Below, in pieces: positions 36,031 to 47,971 of a DNA stretch of 64,000 nt. The notes beneath the pieces are model-generated. The model did no database searches, was not told the DNA's origin, and worked only from the letters and a program-made list of their open reading frames with translations. Both the position numbers and the translations under genes were made by a program. The stretch covers positions 5,578 through 69,577 of the forward strand of contig CBFDEM010000049.1 in NCBI GenBank assembly GCA_965603825.1. The letters are read 5' to 3'. This DNA is from Blepharisma stoltei ATCC 30299. Lineage: Eukaryota > Protista > Ciliophora. The stretch's first letter is position 1, and each line of letters starts with the position of its first letter.

Positions 36031-38178
36031 TTATAAACTTTTTTCCCAATTTTTTATCAGCTCTCCCTTAAGAATTTCTATCGCTTCTGGCCTATTTTTC
36101 GGATCTGGCTCTGTCATTGCCATCACAATTTGATGCTCTATTGGGTAATTTTTGATAAATTCAGTTGGAAAAGTATGGGATTCTCTCACATCTTTCAGCA
36201 TCCTATACCTTTCATGGTAAGTTTCAAACTTATGTGAAAGCTCCAATAAAATAATCCCAAGCGAAAAAATATCTACTTTATGGTTATAATTGGTGCTAAA
36301 TTCCTGCTCAGGTGCTAAATACAAAGGAGTCCCTATATTCATTGATAGTGCTGATTTAAGAATTTCAGTATAATCTTCTATATATGAATATTCAGACGAT
36401 ACCATAACTCTAGCTAAGCCTAAGTCCCCGATTTTTACGTTATCTTTTCCATTGATAAAAATATTGGCAGGTTTTAAATCTCTATGAATTATGGCATGCT
36501 CATGAATATATTTAATCCCTTTCAGCATCTGAGTGAAAAACTGTAAATTTCTTTCTCGGTCGATCTTATGGTTAGGCTGGTCTAGCCATTCTCGTAAATT
36601 CATGCCATCACAATACTCCATTTGGATATATAAATATAAATCAATCATTTTGTCGCCTTCGCTAGCCAGTTTGGAGCTCTGCAAGTTATTTGAGCTTTTT
36701 AGGCTTGATAATTCGGTAGCACTTTGGATGTAACTGCTAGACACCTCACTTTCTTCTATATCTTCCATATAGCTTGGCTCTTTTTCAGCCCAACAAGTGA
36801 TGTATCTTACTATATATTTAGATTGGAGCTGCTTAATTGCGTTTACTTCTGAAAAAAGTTTATGCTTTTTGATGTTTTCTTCAGGGTTAATCTGCATTTT
36901 TACTATTTTTATTGCATAAAGCTGGTCATCAAGGTTATGCTCAGCTAGGTGAACAGAGGCAAAACCGCCGCTTCCTAGGATCCTTTGGTATTTGTAATGC
37001 CTTTTATAGTGTCCATCATCTAAAAAGCTCCTTAATTCTTTATTCGGGATTTTCGGGTCATCAAAAGATTTATAATGGCTTGACTCACTGCTGGATTTGG
37101 TGAAATCTGAAGCTTCATTGTTTATTTGCGAATTTTCCTTAACGGCGACTGAGTGCTCAGAAAATTCAGGAGACTTCTGAGAATTTTTGGATTCTTCAAA
37201 AACTGAAACTTCATGAGCTGAACTAATTGCTGATAGATCCAGCTTTGAAATTGGGTATATTTTATGCTCAGTAGCATCAAAATTGTCTAGAAGTTGGTTA
37301 CTATCTTTATTTAAGCTTTCACTTGGAGCAGTGCTTTCAGTGTTTCTGGGTTTTTCACAAGGGATTTTTTCGACTTGCAGCCTGCCAACGTGAATTCCAA
37401 TAACCATAGAAGAAAGGACTAAAATAGCGATCCAGTAATAATTTATAATAAAGTCCCAGATCATAGTTCCACAGGTTCCTGCTGAGTTATAATCATAATC
37501 CAAACATTCATTTTCTTCTGAATTTTCTTCTTCATCTGAGTGCACTATTGTATGATTATACGACTGATCTATAATACTCAATGCGTTTTCCTTTTCTTTT
37601 AATCCAGAACTAGCTATCTCCAAACTATCATTTGCTACATTTAGCCCTGAATATTGGGTAAAATTCAAATTCCACATTATCTCGCCTGATAAAAAATTCA
37701 CCGCTTCTAATGAGTAGTCAAATTTTCCTAACAAAGCTCGGTTAAAATCCAATTCAGTCCCATACAAAAGTGCAGGCAATTCTTCAATAAAATATTCCTC
37801 GTCTTTCTGTACAACCTGATAGAGTTTTAGCTTTTTTGAGCCGACGATTAAAGTGTCAGGGAATTCTGATAAGTAAAATGGAGACTTGTTCACAGCTTCT
37901 TCAATGGAGTAAGGCAATTTTATATATAGTCCTTCTGAATTAATAAGGTATAGGTCGCCTTTATCAGTTGCATGGATCTGTTGAGGACCGATTAGATTTG
38001 AAGCGTAGGAAATTAAAGGAGAAATTTTGCCTGTAGATAAAGTTGCCAGGTCTGATGAGGAAATTTTGCTTGGGGATTTTAAGATGATGGGATTGGAAGA
38101 AGTAAGGGGGAGAAGCCGGTCTTCAGGTTTTGGCTGAGATGAGTAGCAGCCCAAAATTATGAGGAAGAAAATTAGCAT
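36031..38178 (-). CDS. PERK-like transmembrane eIF2-alpha kinase
   Basis: Signal peptide, luminal domain, transmembrane helix (YYWIAILVLSSMVIGI), YAIK, IVRYITCW, acidic insert, LYLYIQMEYC, HRDLKPANIF, KIGDLGLA and GTPLYLAPE. Confidence 0.9.
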   Translation of the reverse strand: MLIFFLIILGCYSSQPKPEDRLLPLTSSNPIILKSPSKISSSDLATLSTGKISPLISYASNLIGPQQIHATDKGDLYLINSEGLYIKLPYSIEEAVNKSPFYLSEFPDTLIVGSKKLKLYQVVQKDEEYFIEELPALLYGTELDFNRALLGKFDYSLEAVNFLSGEIMWNLNFTQYSGLNVANDSLEIASSGLKEKENALSIIDQSYNHTIVHSDEEENSEENECLDYDYNSAGTCGTMIWDFIINYYWIAILVLSSMVIGIHVGRLQVEKIPCEKPRNTESTAPSESLNKDSNQLLDNFDATEHKIYPISKLDLSAISSAHEVSVFEESKNSQKSPEFSEHSVAVKENSQINNEASDFTKSSSESSHYKSFDDPKIPNKELRSFLDDGHYKRHYKYQRILGSGGFASVHLAEHNLDDQLYAIKIVKMQINPEENIKKHKLFSEVNAIKQLQSKYIVRYITCWAEKEPSYMEDIEESEVSSSYIQSATELSSLKSSNNLQSSKLASEGDKMIDLYLYIQMEYCDGMNLREWLDQPNHKIDRERNLQFFTQMLKGIKYIHEHAIIHRDLKPANIFINGKDNVKIGDLGLARVMVSSEYSYIEDYTEILKSALSMNIGTPLYLAPEQEFSTNYNHKVDIFSLGIILLELSHKFETYHERYRMLKDVRESHTFPTEFIKNYPIEHQIVMAMTEPDPKNRPEAIEILKGELIKNWEKSL

Positions 38179-38887
38179 TTTTAAACGTGTTTTATATTTA
38201 TTTTCTAATAAGCGTTTGCAAAGAAAATAATGGGTTTCAAATATGAGTATTAGAAATTAACTTATTGAGATCACGAATATAAAGAATTTTCAAGACTTTG
38301 TTGAGTAGAGAATAGTTTTTTAGTAGGAAAAATTGAAAAATTATAATGGTTTTTCCTAGTAGGAAAAAGTATTATTGATATTCATAAATAAGGTCTTGCA
38401 TAATTTAGCACGATAAATCTCTTGGATAGACAGATTTTGTAGAGTTATTTGTGAATACTTAATCAAAATATTAAATAATTAATCTCTGTCAATGTCTTTT
38501 GAAGGATGAGTAGGTTAAAATTAGATATTTAATAGTTTTATAAGCAAAAATGTTTATATTCAATATACAATCTATTTCAATCTATTATAAAGTATTGATA
38601 AATCCTCCAAATTGTCTGTCACAAGCAAAGAAGCTTTATCTTAAAATTCTAAATTATAAAATATCTCCTCTTTTCAAACCTCAGCATAATAATGATATCA
38701 TATTTCTATTTATTTTTTAATTCAAAGCTACAATTACTTGAACATTATAGGTTTGGGGATATTATTATTCTTTTTATTGAAAATAATTTATTATAATTAT
38801 CACAATAAATTCAATCCAAAACTTATAATAAAATGTTTTTTCACAGATTTTCAACTATAATATCTTTTAATTAATAAAATCAGTACT

Positions 38888-40213
38888 TTAGGAGGAATAA
38901 TTATATGAAAGAATAGTTTTCCTAAACGAAGCAGCACACAGAAGAGGCACAAATGGATGTCACGACACATCTCTAATTAATTTCGTTTCTTGTAAAGGCC
39001 CATCATACGGATCCTTCAATATTCTAGCTGTTTTTCCAGTAACAGAGTCAAAAATATGCACATCGCCATCAGAGCTCCCTGTATATATAAATCTCTGCCC
39101 TGTCGAAAACAATGGAGAAAAGAAGCATCTAATGCACGTCCCAAACACCGCATGACCCCTAAAAGTCATCAATGAAGTATCCGCAGCCAGTTTTTTCGTA
39201 TAATTTTTCAAAGGATAGCGTTCCCATCTGTAGTCAAAATACGTCTGGTATCGATGACTTCGTTTAAACTCTATATACACCTTTTGGCTTGTCATAGTTC
39301 TGATATCCCACAGCTTTAAAGTCTGGTCTTTGCTGTTCGAAACCAAAGAAATCCCATCATACTTAGGCGACACATAAGTAACTCCTTCTCTATGCCCTAC
39401 CAAAACTCCTTGAGGTAGCCCATCATATTTTAAGCACCTTAAATCCCAAATTTTGATGCAAGACTCATCAGAGCCTGATGCTATAATATTGGATTTTTCT
39501 GGGTCCATAAAGCAAACAGAATTCACGTCGTCATCATGAGCTTTCTGTACAGAACACACAAGTTTTTTCTTTACCAGGTCATACATCTCTAGGGAGCGCC
39601 TATTTGTGCCGACTATCACCTTGTTGCTGTCACCTGAAAATTTGACACTGAAAATTCCAGCGTTTGTATCAATAGCGTCATAAGTTGTAACTCCGTTGAT
39701 GCTTCCTTGGGTAAAATTATAGTCGTCTATATTGGAATCGTCTATTGGGGTTAGCCTAAGCTTGGATTCGAAACTGGAAAGGATTAAGTATTTTTCGCAA
39801 GGGCTCAGGTCTACATCATTAAAAGACCAAAATGAGCCATTTACATCAAGGGATTTTTGAAGAGTCCAATTCAATGGGTCAGTTGTATTAAATATTCTGA
39901 TTTGCTTTTGGGTTGTACAATAATACATGTCTCCCGACTGGGAAAACTGCCCATTAAAAACCCAGTTGTCAAACAATGGGCCTTCGGAATAAAGCTAAAT
40001 ATTTGATACTTTATTAGGGATTAGCCTATTTGAGCAGGAAAAATTTCATGGGCCTGGAAGGCCAAATTCTCGGTTCATGATAGAATCTTGAACTGGTCCG
40101 TATTCTAAATCTTCAGCTGTGAGAAAGGAATCAGAAAAGCTTCTATCATCAGGAACATCGTCTGCTGATTGATAAGCCTGGTTAGTGCCAGACTGGAATG
40201 AAAAACCATTCAT
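38888..40213 (-). CDS. DCAF11/WDR23 (LEC14B)-like WD40 protein with one 15-nt intron
   Basis: HDDDVNSV, LVGHREGVT, SNSKDQTLKLWDIR, FDYRW, TFRGH, STGQRFIYTGSSDG and RDVS[W]HP. Intron at 39995-40009. Confidence 0.88.
39995..40009 (-). other. 15-nt intron
   Basis: GTATCAAATATTTAG; A at -6; in-frame TAG if retained. Confidence 0.85.
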
Positions 40214-41616
40214 TAAATATTATAATCAGATTTAAGGATTATTTTTTCCTTTAATTTGATTATACCAACTATATAGACATGAACCAATTTTGTTTAGAAT
40301 GAAAGTGGAAAAACTAAAAAATAAACCGTTTCCATTAGGAAGACTCATGGAAAATATATAATTGAAATAAAAAGTAGCTCTTCTAGAAGGAATTGGAAAT
40401 TTCGATTGCAGATAGTATTTAATGAGGCAATCTTTCTTATTTTAAATAATAGAATGTGCTAAAACGTCAAAAATTTAAATTTGTTGACTGGTAATTAGTT
40501 CAGGCCTACTGATTTTATATTATTAAAAAGGATGGCTAATCTTAATAGTAATTGCTATAATTAAATCTGAATATTTTTAAAATGCAACACTGCACTTTAA
40601 AGTTAAGAATTGCAATGCTTTGTGAAAATACTAAAATTGAGACAAAGATAGCTTAATTGTTATGTAAATTTCATTAGTTTTACTCACAAAAAAATTGAAA
40701 AGTATAGAGAAACTAAATAGAGCTTAATATAAACAACACAGCATGAGAATTAATTGCTAATGCATGTGAATTAGGGCTACTGGAGCCTACTTTTATACTC
40801 AAATATTGTTTATATTTAAAATTTAGCACAAGAAGAAAAAGACAGTTTTGTTGTCTTTCTATGCTGTTTAATGATTCCTAATAATACCAATAGAGCTTGA
40901 TATTTTGTTTCTTATATACCAGAATTAAATTATAAAGTAATTAAGATAATGCTCTTTGCTTAATAATAGTGATGATAATTATTTTTAGTAGTCGTTTAAT
41001 ATAAAAATTATAGCTTACAATACAAAAATGTTTTATATCTAATCATTGGCTGAAGTCTAAAAAAGGCTTTAATCTATCACATTATATTATAATTTTTTTC
41101 AATCGAGTTTAAGGTATTTAAATCCTTAAAACTAATATTTAAGCAAATATGAAATTAAAACCTCAGTGCTCTCAAAAAAAAATGCTTCTATAAGAAAACA
41201 CTAAGTTTTGAACTTAAAATTGGTGTGATTCTTGCAAAGCAATACAAAGAAAATAAAATCTTAATATTATGAAATAGCCCCCACAAAAATAGAAATAATT
41301 TTTCAGTCAAAAGTCACCTTCATTATTAGCATAATGCTCTATGATTTATATATGCTGACTTCTCAACCTGGAGCGATCAAATCCTGTATTTTTGATATTA
41401 ATATAATCAACAAAGTAAAATAGTAATTTATATAATATTTAATATCTAAATTAATGATATATTTAAACTAATAATAAACTATGATATATATATTAGCTGC
41501 CATCTAAATTAGGGCGCAACTACTGGTAGAATCCTAAGAGAATAGGGTTCAGCCTGCTTAGAAAATAAAATTCTGCATTTATAATTTAAAAATGTCAGTG
41601 TGGATTTCTGAAAAAG

Positions 41617-41945
41617 GTTATTGAAATAGCTAAGTGACTATAATAAAATAGTCTTGGAACTTTTGGAGAGCTCAAATGTGATAAAGCCAACAGGATCAGA
41701 ATAAAGCATCATATAAATCAGAGTATTAAATATTAATCTAGATAAACAAAATAACAATTGCTTTTTGATAACTCACTTATAGTGCCCAATAAATTTGTCT
41801 AAAACCATTTTATAAAGGGCTTCCAATACAGTTTGTTTGAAGATTTCAGTATTTTGTAAATTCAGTATCGATTTCTGAAGATCAGGCTATTGAATGGTTA
41901 AGTGACTATAATAAAATAGTCTTGCAACTTTTGGAGGGTTCAATT
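41617..41945 (+). repeat. ~60-bp imperfect direct repeat in decayed coding-like DNA
   Basis: TAAGTGACTATAATAAAATAGTCTTG(G/C)AACTTTTGGAG occurs at ~41631 and ~41899. Confidence 0.7.
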
Positions 41946-42658
41946 TTATTAAAGTCATCAGAATTAAGTTTTGAAGAGGAAGAAGAGGAGGAAACAAAAG
42001 AAGAGCTTTCAGAAAATGTAGATATAGACTTATGGAGAGTAGGATATGAAAAATTGGCTGTAGAAATAAATGACTTAAAACAAAGAAACCCAGCTTTTTT
42101 AGTTCAGAAAATGAGGCTGCAATTCAAAATTTAGATCTTTTTCAAGAAGAAAACATTTTTATTGTGTTTGTCTACTCAGCCATAAATTATCAATGGCTTG
42201 CTATTGATCCGAATATATTATCTCCTCTAAAATGCTGGACCTTTACTTTTAACTCTTTTAAATACGTGCTGATTTCATTTTTTTATTATTTGGAATCGTA
42301 AAAAAGCTATGATTTTCTTGATTTTTGGAGGATTTTCTACACTTCATGCATAGAAACTCTTGAATCAGAGTGATATTTGGTAAACTAACACTGGAAAGCT
42401 CTTCTAATTTTGATAATAAGCAGACTAAAATCTCTTTTGAATCTTGCTGGCCTAATGAATCAAGCTATATAGAGATTACTAATGGAAATTCTTAGTTAAC
42501 TTGATTTTCAAAAGTTCTTAAAGCTTAAAAATTGTGAAAGGACTTCTGATAAAGTTCTGCTTCAAAAAATTGTATCGGTAATAATAATGATTCATAATAG
42601 TATTGAAAGTCTCTAAGCTGTAAAATCAATTACTTCATTCTGGTATTAAAATAAATAA

Positions 42659-44218
42659 ATGGGTACATGTAAATCATTTCCTTGCTTGCACAACGAAACA
42701 ATAGAAAGCGGATTCTACACTTCTGCAGACGCTTTTCCACTTAAACTAACTCCAACACAAAGTACTAGTGGACGGAAATCCTCTGATTCTCCTCAACGAA
42801 ATTTAGATCTAGCCAAAACTAGCCCAATACTTAAAATCCACCGTGCAAATTTTGTTCATATCTCTCAAGGCAGAATCACTGATTTCTATCATATGCAAGA
42901 ACCTCTGGGGAATGGCAGCTTTGGTCGTGTATATAAAGCATTACATATAAGCACAGGAATTTATCGAGCTGTCAAAGCAATTTCTAAGCGGCATCTGGAT
43001 GCTGATGATCAAGCTCTGCTACTTAAAGAAGTGGAAATCTTAAAAAGCTTAGACCACCCTAACATTTTGAAGATTTTTGAAGTCATTGAAGATAACAACA
43101 CCTTTTACATCATCACAGAGCTCTGCACAGGAGGCGAAATTTTTGATAAAATTGTTTCTCAAGGCCACGTGTCAGAAAACAATGCTGCATGGTATATGTA
43201 TCAGGTATTATCTGCTCTGTCTTGCTGCTATAAAAATGGGATTGTGCATAGAGACTTAAAACCAGAAAATTTGTTACTGAGGGACAAGGAAAGCGATTCG
43301 CCTTTAAAACTAATTGATTTCGGAACTTCCAGAAGATTCAAAGCCAATCGGAAGCTTAAATCAGTGATTGGGACTGCTTATTATATAGCTCCAGAAGTAA
43401 TTGAAGGCCGCTATGATTCTAAATGTGACATATGGAGCTCAGGAGTTATCTTATATACCATGCTCTGTGGCAATCCTCCATTTAACGGAACCAGTGACAA
43501 AGAAATCATGACCAAAATATCCCGAGGAGTCTTTACTTTTTCCAACCAAGAATGGACTTACGTCTCCAAAGAAGCCAAATATTTAATCAAAAAAATGCTC
43601 ACAAAAAATCCAGAGACCAGACCGAACGCTGAAGAGCTCCTTAAAGATCCTTGAATCATTGAGAGAGCCAGGAATAAAATCGAGGACAACATAATCAATG
43701 GTAATACCTTGTCCAATTTGAGAAGCTGGAAGGCTAATTATAAGCTCCAACAAGCCGTGTTGGCTTATATTGCTTCTCAGCTGATCACAGAAGAAGAGAC
43801 TGAAGAGATCAGAAAAGCTTTTATTGCAATTGACGAAAACGGTGACGGAAAACTAAGCGCTGAAGAGTTGAAGCAAGGCTTTGAAAAGGCGTCTATTGGA
43901 AAAGATATCAATGTAGAAGAAATTTTGGCTAATTGTGACACTGATTATAATGGATATATTGACTATAATGAATTTTTGACTGCTACATTAGACTGGCACA
44001 AGGCACTGTCTGATGATAGGCTACAAGCAACTTTTAATGCAATTGACACTGATAAGAGTGGGACGCTGTCAGTAAGCGAAATTAAGAACTTTTTAGGAGG
44101 AGACCAGCAGATTGAAAATACTGTGTGGGAGAAAATAATAAAAGATGCGGACACAAATGGGGATGGAGTCATTGATTTCAATGAATTCAAGGCTGCAATG
44201 ATGAAACACATAGTGTAA
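42659..44218 (+). CDS. Calcium-dependent protein kinase (CDPK) with four EF-hands
   Basis: MGTC myristoylation-like start, kinase motifs, LLKDP[W]II junction, and EF-hands DENGDG, DTDYNG, DTDKSG, DTNGDG. Confidence 0.95.
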
Positions 44219-44263
44219 ATTAATAAATAAGGAGGAATTATTGTGTTAATAACTATAATACAA

Positions 44264-46159
44264 TTAGAAACAAAGCCATCTATTCCGCTGGGCCCTTCGA
44301 GACCGTCCCCTCCTCTGCTTAGTCTTTTTTTCTTCAATAATTTCTTCTTTTTGTATTTCTTCAGGTGTATAATTGACTGAGCCTTTATTAAAAACATGCT
44401 TGATAAAATCTACCTTCTTCATAAATGGGCTTCGATTGTCATAAGCTTGGATCCCCATCACATCGTTATAGTCAGAAATCCTTTCTGCTGTATGGAAAAG
44501 CAAGCCTTGTGTGTAGTCATTTAATTTTAGCCTCATGGCTATGTCGTCTTCAAGGATCCCTCAAATATTATTCAATGCTTTTACAATGGAGCTCTTGCCT
44601 GGACGCTTTAGCGACTCGATTTCTGACAGAATTCGCCTTAGTAAAGCATTGGAAGTCGCAACATATTCATTTACATTGGTAGCTTCAATAGACTTGCTAA
44701 TGATTTCTAACGCAGTTTCTTTGACAGCTTCATGCATATTAATAATCGCTATTAGGTCATTTTCAATATTATCCTGTTTTCTATTATAAAAAAGCAACTT
44801 CAGCTCTTTTTCTCTTGATCCTATCATTTGTTTGTAAATTATTTCTTTTTTTTGTGACTCTGCCAGGTCAGCCACCATGCTTTTTTTCTCATCTGACAGT
44901 TTTTCAAGCAGATCTTGCTTTATCGTTAAATCTGAATAAAACGTAGATTTTGTGCTTTCGATGGATTTCACGATCTCATGTAGTGAATCACGTTTATTTT
45001 TTATTTCTAGTATTTTCACAGTATTTTTGTCCTCTTTGGCTAGCAGCTTGCGGATATCATTTTCTCTGTGCTCAATTTCAGTCCAGTATTCAGCTTCTTT
45101 CTGCTCTAGGTCATGCAGACTTGTTTCGATTTCTTCTATTTCTTTGGTGAGTCTCATGATATCAGTATCTTTATTGTTTAATTCTGTTTCTAACGTGCTC
45201 ATGTGAGAGAGGTTTTTTCTGATCATGGCTTGCATTTCTTGAAGAGCTGTATCAGGGCCTTGGGCGAATTCAGGGTTTTTTTCAGCGTTTTGACTGTAAA
45301 GCTCTTCTTCCAAGATTGCTACTTTTTTAGTCAATAAGTCGACCCTTCGTTTTAAGTCTTCGTTTTCCAGCTTGATTTTTCTGGCTTCTGATTTGCTAAC
45401 ACCTGAACCTCCTGTAATATTGCTATTCATCGATCCGCCCATATTGCTCCTATAGAAAAAATTGTTGCCTCTGCCTCCTACAACTTCTATTTCTGTTGTC
45501 TTATCCCATGGGTGATTTTCTATTTCTCTTGGGACTAAAAACCTTACTTGTTTTGCCCCTTTGTCATCTACCATAACTCCAAGCTGAAAGTTCCTGTTAT
45601 CTCCTCAGGCATAAACGACTCCATTTTGGCTGATCCCATATGAGAAATTAGGCCCAGCCGCAATTCTAACGATTTCTGAAATAAATTCTAATTTTGTAGG
45701 CAGATTTCGATCATTTGTGTCCCCAAGCCCAAGCTGCCCAAATTTATTAAACCCTCAGCACCATATAAACTTATCATTATCAAGGGCGAGGACGTGGCTT
45801 TCTCCAGCTGCAATAGACACGATGAACCGACTTCTGAGATCATAAATTAATTTAGGGATTTTAGAGTCGTCACGTTTTTCTAAGGCTCGGCCGAGAGCAT
45901 TGGTTGTGTCTCCCCAAGAGAAGACTTGACCGGTTGTGCTTAATATAAAAGTGTTGAATTTTGAGCAGCATATTTGTTGGACTCGGCAGTTTTCAGGGAT
46001 TTGTTCAAAGAAAAGGATTGCTTTGTTAATTTGTGTCCCGACTGCTGTTTCAGGCTGGCCTGTTATGTAGACTTCACTGGCACTTGAGCAGTCTTTTCTA
46101 GATTTTCCACAGACGTCACAGAGCCCATTTGGTCCAGCAATGTAGTCGTGGGCTTCCAT
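44264..46159 (-). CDS. RCC1-repeat + coiled-coil protein
   Basis: One frame through TGA codons: GQVFSWG, IAAGESHVLAL, WC[W]GFNKFGQLGLGD, VYA[W]GDN, followed by a long coiled coil. Confidence 0.85.
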
Positions 46160-46268
46160 CTTTTAAATAGCTGTGACATTCTTATTATAAGACTTCTGTA
46201 GTATAATAACTCATTAAGGCTAATAGAAAGTCTATAAGATTTTATTATTCAAAATAATTATTTAAATA

Positions 46269-47549
46269 ATGGAAGATTTCCAAGATATGACGATCCTCCA
46301 AATTAGGAAAAGGCTCAATGAGCTGAATGCTTTCGTCCCCTCCAGCGTCACAAGAAAGCAAGACTTGATCGACAAATTAGTCGAAGCAATCCAAAAGCAG
46401 CAACAGCCTGAAAGAAATCCTCCTAAGAGATCAGTCTCTCCTATCTCTTCATTCCAGAGGCAAAAAACAGAGCCTGCTTTCTCTAGAAACTCCATTCCTC
46501 AAGCCCAAGCTGTATCCCCTCCAAGAAGGGTCGGTGCAATCCCTTACAACCCTAGCTCAATAAAGCTGTCAAATCAGAAAACTGATGTTTTCCGCCAAAG
46601 GATGGAGGCTGCTTTTCCTTCAGAAGAAAAAGAGTCATTAGAAGTCAAAAGCTCAAGCGCAACTTTAATAAAGGAAAGTCTTTCCCAAATCGGGACATTC
46701 ATAGGGATCCTTTTAGCAATTTTATTTGCTGCTTATTTGGTTAAAGTTTATATGGCTAAGCCAATATTTTGTGGGGAAGGGATCTATGAAAATTGCATAA
46801 AATGCCCTGAGCATGCTATTTGTAAAGGAGGCTCAATGAGCTGTGAGCCAGGGTTTGAGAGAGATAGAACTGCATGTGTAGAAGACGAGAAGGTTAAGAA
46901 AAAGGCCTATACGAGACTGTGGGAGCTTGAAAGCTACGTGATAAGTCAAGCGACACATAAATGGCTTGAAACTCGTACAGAATTCATGATTGACTTTGAA
47001 GATTACTCCCGCCAATTTTTAGAAACAGAAGAAGGGCTTATTGTGTCGAGGCTTAAAGAGCTCATCAAAGCCAAAGTTTCACTAAAAATTGACAGCTTAG
47101 ACGACCCTTTGAAGCTCATAATCCACGCCAAGAAGCCATTTTTAGGTCTCTACGCCCAGATTATAGAGTTCCTCCAAGACCATAAATACTCTCTCACAAT
47201 CGGTCTCCTCATTTCCCTCTTCTTCATCTACAAGTACATCTGTTACCGCCAGCGTAAAGTTCTGCTTCAGCAAGCCAGAAAAATGTACGAAATGATCAGC
47301 TCACAAATCAAAGCCAACGTCGACGACACCTTGGAGCACGGCGTAATGGAGTCCACCATCAAGTCTGACATCGAAAATCAGCTGGGCAAAAGCCTCACCA
47401 GGAAACTATGGCCTATCATTGAAGAATTGCGAAGAAAGGACAAGAACGTCTGCAAGTTCGAGATGATCGTCTCTGGGAGACCCAGAATTCTCTGGCAGTG
47501 GAAAGAAGAGGTGAAGCCTGTGATCGGCAACAAAATGAAGTACTTCTAA
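46269..47549 (+). CDS. HeH/LEM + MSC inner nuclear membrane protein (MAN1/Src1-like)
   Basis: N-terminal HeH-like helix pair, two transmembrane segments flanking a CIKCPEHAIC..CEPGF luminal domain, and a C-terminal WQW motif. Confidence 0.8.
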   Translation: MEDFQDMTILQIRKRLNELNAFVPSSVTRKQDLIDKLVEAIQKQQQPERNPPKRSVSPISSFQRQKTEPAFSRNSIPQAQAVSPPRRVGAIPYNPSSIKLSNQKTDVFRQRMEAAFPSEEKESLEVKSSSATLIKESLSQIGTFIGILLAILFAAYLVKVYMAKPIFCGEGIYENCIKCPEHAICKGGSMSCEPGFERDRTACVEDEKVKKKAYTRLWELESYVISQATHKWLETRTEFMIDFEDYSRQFLETEEGLIVSRLKELIKAKVSLKIDSLDDPLKLIIHAKKPFLGLYAQIIEFLQDHKYSLTIGLLISLFFIYKYICYRQRKVLLQQARKMYEMISSQIKANVDDTLEHGVMESTIKSDIENQLGKSLTRKLWPIIEELRRKDKNVCKFEMIVSGRPRILWQWKEEVKPVIGNKMKYF

Positions 47550-47579
47550 TCTTTAACAGGTATTATCATAATTAATAAA

Positions 47580-47864
47580 ATGAAAGGAGACCCACGCCGA
47601 CCCAGCAACGTGATCTATTACAAGCAGACAATTGACGAGAAGAAAGAGACGCCGCCTGACTATTACCACTTTATCGCAGTGCTCTTCGCTATGTTTGGCT
47701 TCATGTTCAAATCCAAATGGGGAGGGTGGCTCGCCCTGCTGACTTTCTGCTGCGGATTCACCAGTGCGAGGTCACAGACTACAGATTACGGCCAGCTGAT
47801 CACAACTTTTAGCATGATAATTGTGAGTTTGGTGACCAACTATATGTGGATTTTCAAGTCATAA
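47580..47864 (+). CDS. WDR83OS: Asterix/PAT10 (PAT complex subunit)
   Basis: 94 aa with DPRRP, DYYHFIAVLFAMFGFMFKSKWGGW and three transmembrane segments. Confidence 0.85.
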   Translation: MKGDPRRPSNVIYYKQTIDEKKETPPDYYHFIAVLFAMFGFMFKSKWGGWLALLTFCCGFTSARSQTTDYGQLITTFSMIIVSLVTNYMWIFKS

Positions 47865-47971
47865 CTAAATTATTCAATAAAACAGTATTCATTTTCAGCT
47901 ATTTTGCCTTTTGCCATAAATCTCATATATAAAAATAATAAAATTTACAAGCAAAATAGTATTTTGGTATA

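Noticed and set aside
41505-41565. tRNA-like stretch (TGGTAGA...GGTTCAG)
   Set aside because: No acceptor or anticodon stems could be built; tRNAscan-SE would settle it.
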